Made by a program: the position numbers and the translations under genes
Shown: positions 62,094-64,000 of the stretch, piece by piece
How the letters are laid out: each line of letters starts with the position of its first letter
Position numbering within the stretch: position 1 is the stretch's first letter
Notes under the pieces: generated by a model
What the model was told of the DNA's origin: nothing
Databases searched by the model: none
Seen by the model: only the letters and a program-made list of their open reading frames with translations
Assembly: GCA_036172245.1 (NCBI GenBank)
Contig: JAYWIR010000010.1
Span: 4,278,001-4,342,000, forward strand
DNA length: 64,000 bases
DNA from: Raillietiella orientalis
Taxonomy: Eukaryota
Direction of reading: 5' to 3'

Positions 62094-64000
62094 CTCACCC
62101 AGTGTTTCCAGCACTCGCCGAACTGCACATCCCATCGAAAGAAATGGCAACGTCCCACATGCTGTCCACTGGCTTTCAGAAGCTCCTCCTGACGGAGGCT
62201 GATTTGGGGGGAAGAGGGGAAGGGAGAGAGAGGGAGATTAGATGAGACCCTGGAGGTGGCTACCGTGAGCAAGAAAAACCCGAAACGCGGCCGAGGGATT
62301 CTTGAGCTGCACCTGGCCGAAGAACGTTGGCCGTAGAGATCTGCTGCGTGTCTGATCTGTCTGCTGGAGTTCAAAGGTAGGGACCCTCGTTCGTTCCAGG
62401 TCGGACTCACCGTTCTTAGGAGGGCAGTCATCAGCTTGGCTTGGATACTTTCTCCAAAGCGCCGACGTGTGCCTTGAAGAGCACCTTCGTCATCCGTCCT
62501 GGCCGCAGCGGAAGTTCCCTTCGACCGCGTGTCTACTCCAAAGGGGTGGAGGTGAAGGAGAAAGGGAAGTTTCAGAGATCCTTTCTACATGATGCAACCC
62601 AGAGGACCGGACTTTAAACGGGAAAGTCCAGCCGAAAGAGCTGTGAGAGCTCCACGAGACAGGTATCCAAGGAAACGGGGGAAACCACATCCGAGATAGT
62701 GTCCAAGGAGAGAATGGCGTGTTGAGGCACGGGGTTTCCGGGTGGTGCGTCCGCGCCTTTCGAGCAGCTGTTCCTCGCATCGCCTGAAGGGGAGGAATTC
62801 GCACAGTCGGTGACAAGCAACCGGTCTCCCTCGCTCAAGTGGATGCAACGCTCCGCAAAGATGGCGCCGAGCCGTGCGATCTCAGGAGCAGCACGCTGCC
62901 ACCTCGGCAGAGGAGGAGATCCGGTTTAGCACGCCGGGAAGGATCTTCAGGTCCTTCGCCCCTGGAGGAGATTCTACCTCTGCGAGATTACGCTTCCGGG
63001 ACCGTGTTCCCGGAAGCTGGCAAAGGATCAGCCCGGAAGCTCAAAGCGTTTCATGGAGGTCTGGGCTCGGTGCATTTCCAATGAAGCGGAAACATCAGAT
63101 GAAAGCAGAGTCGCGAGATTTTGGCGAGTGAAGGAGACGGGATGATGACCCCATGATGAATGGCGGCAGGAGTAGCTGCTGGGGCGGTGTGCTGCTGTTC
63201 CTTCCTTGCAAGGAGGGGATGCTGCCGTCACTCTGGGAATTCTGGCAGAGCTGTTGATTGCACGAAAGGGGGGGAATGTAGTCCTGAGCAGCAGACGTTC
63301 TGTGAGAGTGGCTCTTGTTGTTACAACCAGGAGGAAGAATTCGTGCTGCGGCTGTCCGCAAGGAAGAGAAGCCACGCAATTCGCGTTGGCATGCCGGACT
63401 AAGATGCTTTTTCAATGCACGAGAATATTAAGCGGTTGAGAAAGAACAACCAGAAACTGCTGAAGAGAACGGTTCGGCCATCACTACTCAGGGATCCTTT
63501 CTCTGACTTGACTGCCGCATCTCGCGTTCTTCCATGTTCAGAAAGATCCTTCCTTTGAACGCCCAGTCCTCGAACGGAAAGCTGCTTATAGGAAAAAAAC
63601 AGGCGTCCTTCATAATTTGTGACTGGAGGCATTCGTAGGGCGTTCCCCAGGAAATCCAAGCACAATCTTTCATATTGTGTTCTCTTGTTCAGTCCATTAC
63701 TTATGTGATTCGAACTTTGGCAGCAACCACTTTGGTAGACTTTTGTGACTCAACATGTGCAACACGTGCGCCTCAAAGCATTCAGGGTTATTTCAACTCC
63801 TTGCAGATCCACCCGTGATCTTCAGAAGCAAATGGTTACCAAATGAGTTCCAGTGGAGTGTGACGTCACCAGCAGGAGACGTTATATCAGCGTGCCTTTG
63901 GAAGAAAAACTTACCCACGTTTACACAGATATCTGGTCTCTAATGAATACGTTGTGAGCATTCCAGTTCTCTGCATCCACCTTGCTTTCCTAAATGCTTG

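Overview
Eukaryotic (metazoan-type 5S rRNA) repeat-rich DNA; no intact protein-coding gene is supportable, and most track ORFs are GC-rich noise. Labels A and B are mine. The window holds decayed Tx1/L1-clade LINEs of two lineages. Lineage A: a near-complete copy at ~1.8-7.4 kb, a 3' fragment at 0.3-1.77 kb and an ORF1-only (HAL1-like) derivative at 35.0-36.4 kb. Lineage B: about 12 5'-truncated copies, several with target-site duplications (TSDs). Both lineages end in AATAAA plus a hairpin and lack a poly(A) tail. One tRNA-derived head occurs on (i) a short SINE carrying the LINE-B 3' tail and (ii) a ~1 kb family (5 copies) whose body is an array of ~40-nt hairpins often capped by cUUCGg. One of these copies lies 4 nt behind a terminator-less 5S rRNA copy. 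Also present: a hAT MITE, Tigger-like ends, decayed ankyrin-repeat remnants, an eIF4A pseudogene and simple repeats. The best candidate for something undescribed is this linked LINE / SINE / hairpin-array RNA system. All alignments were made by eye; no database search was run.
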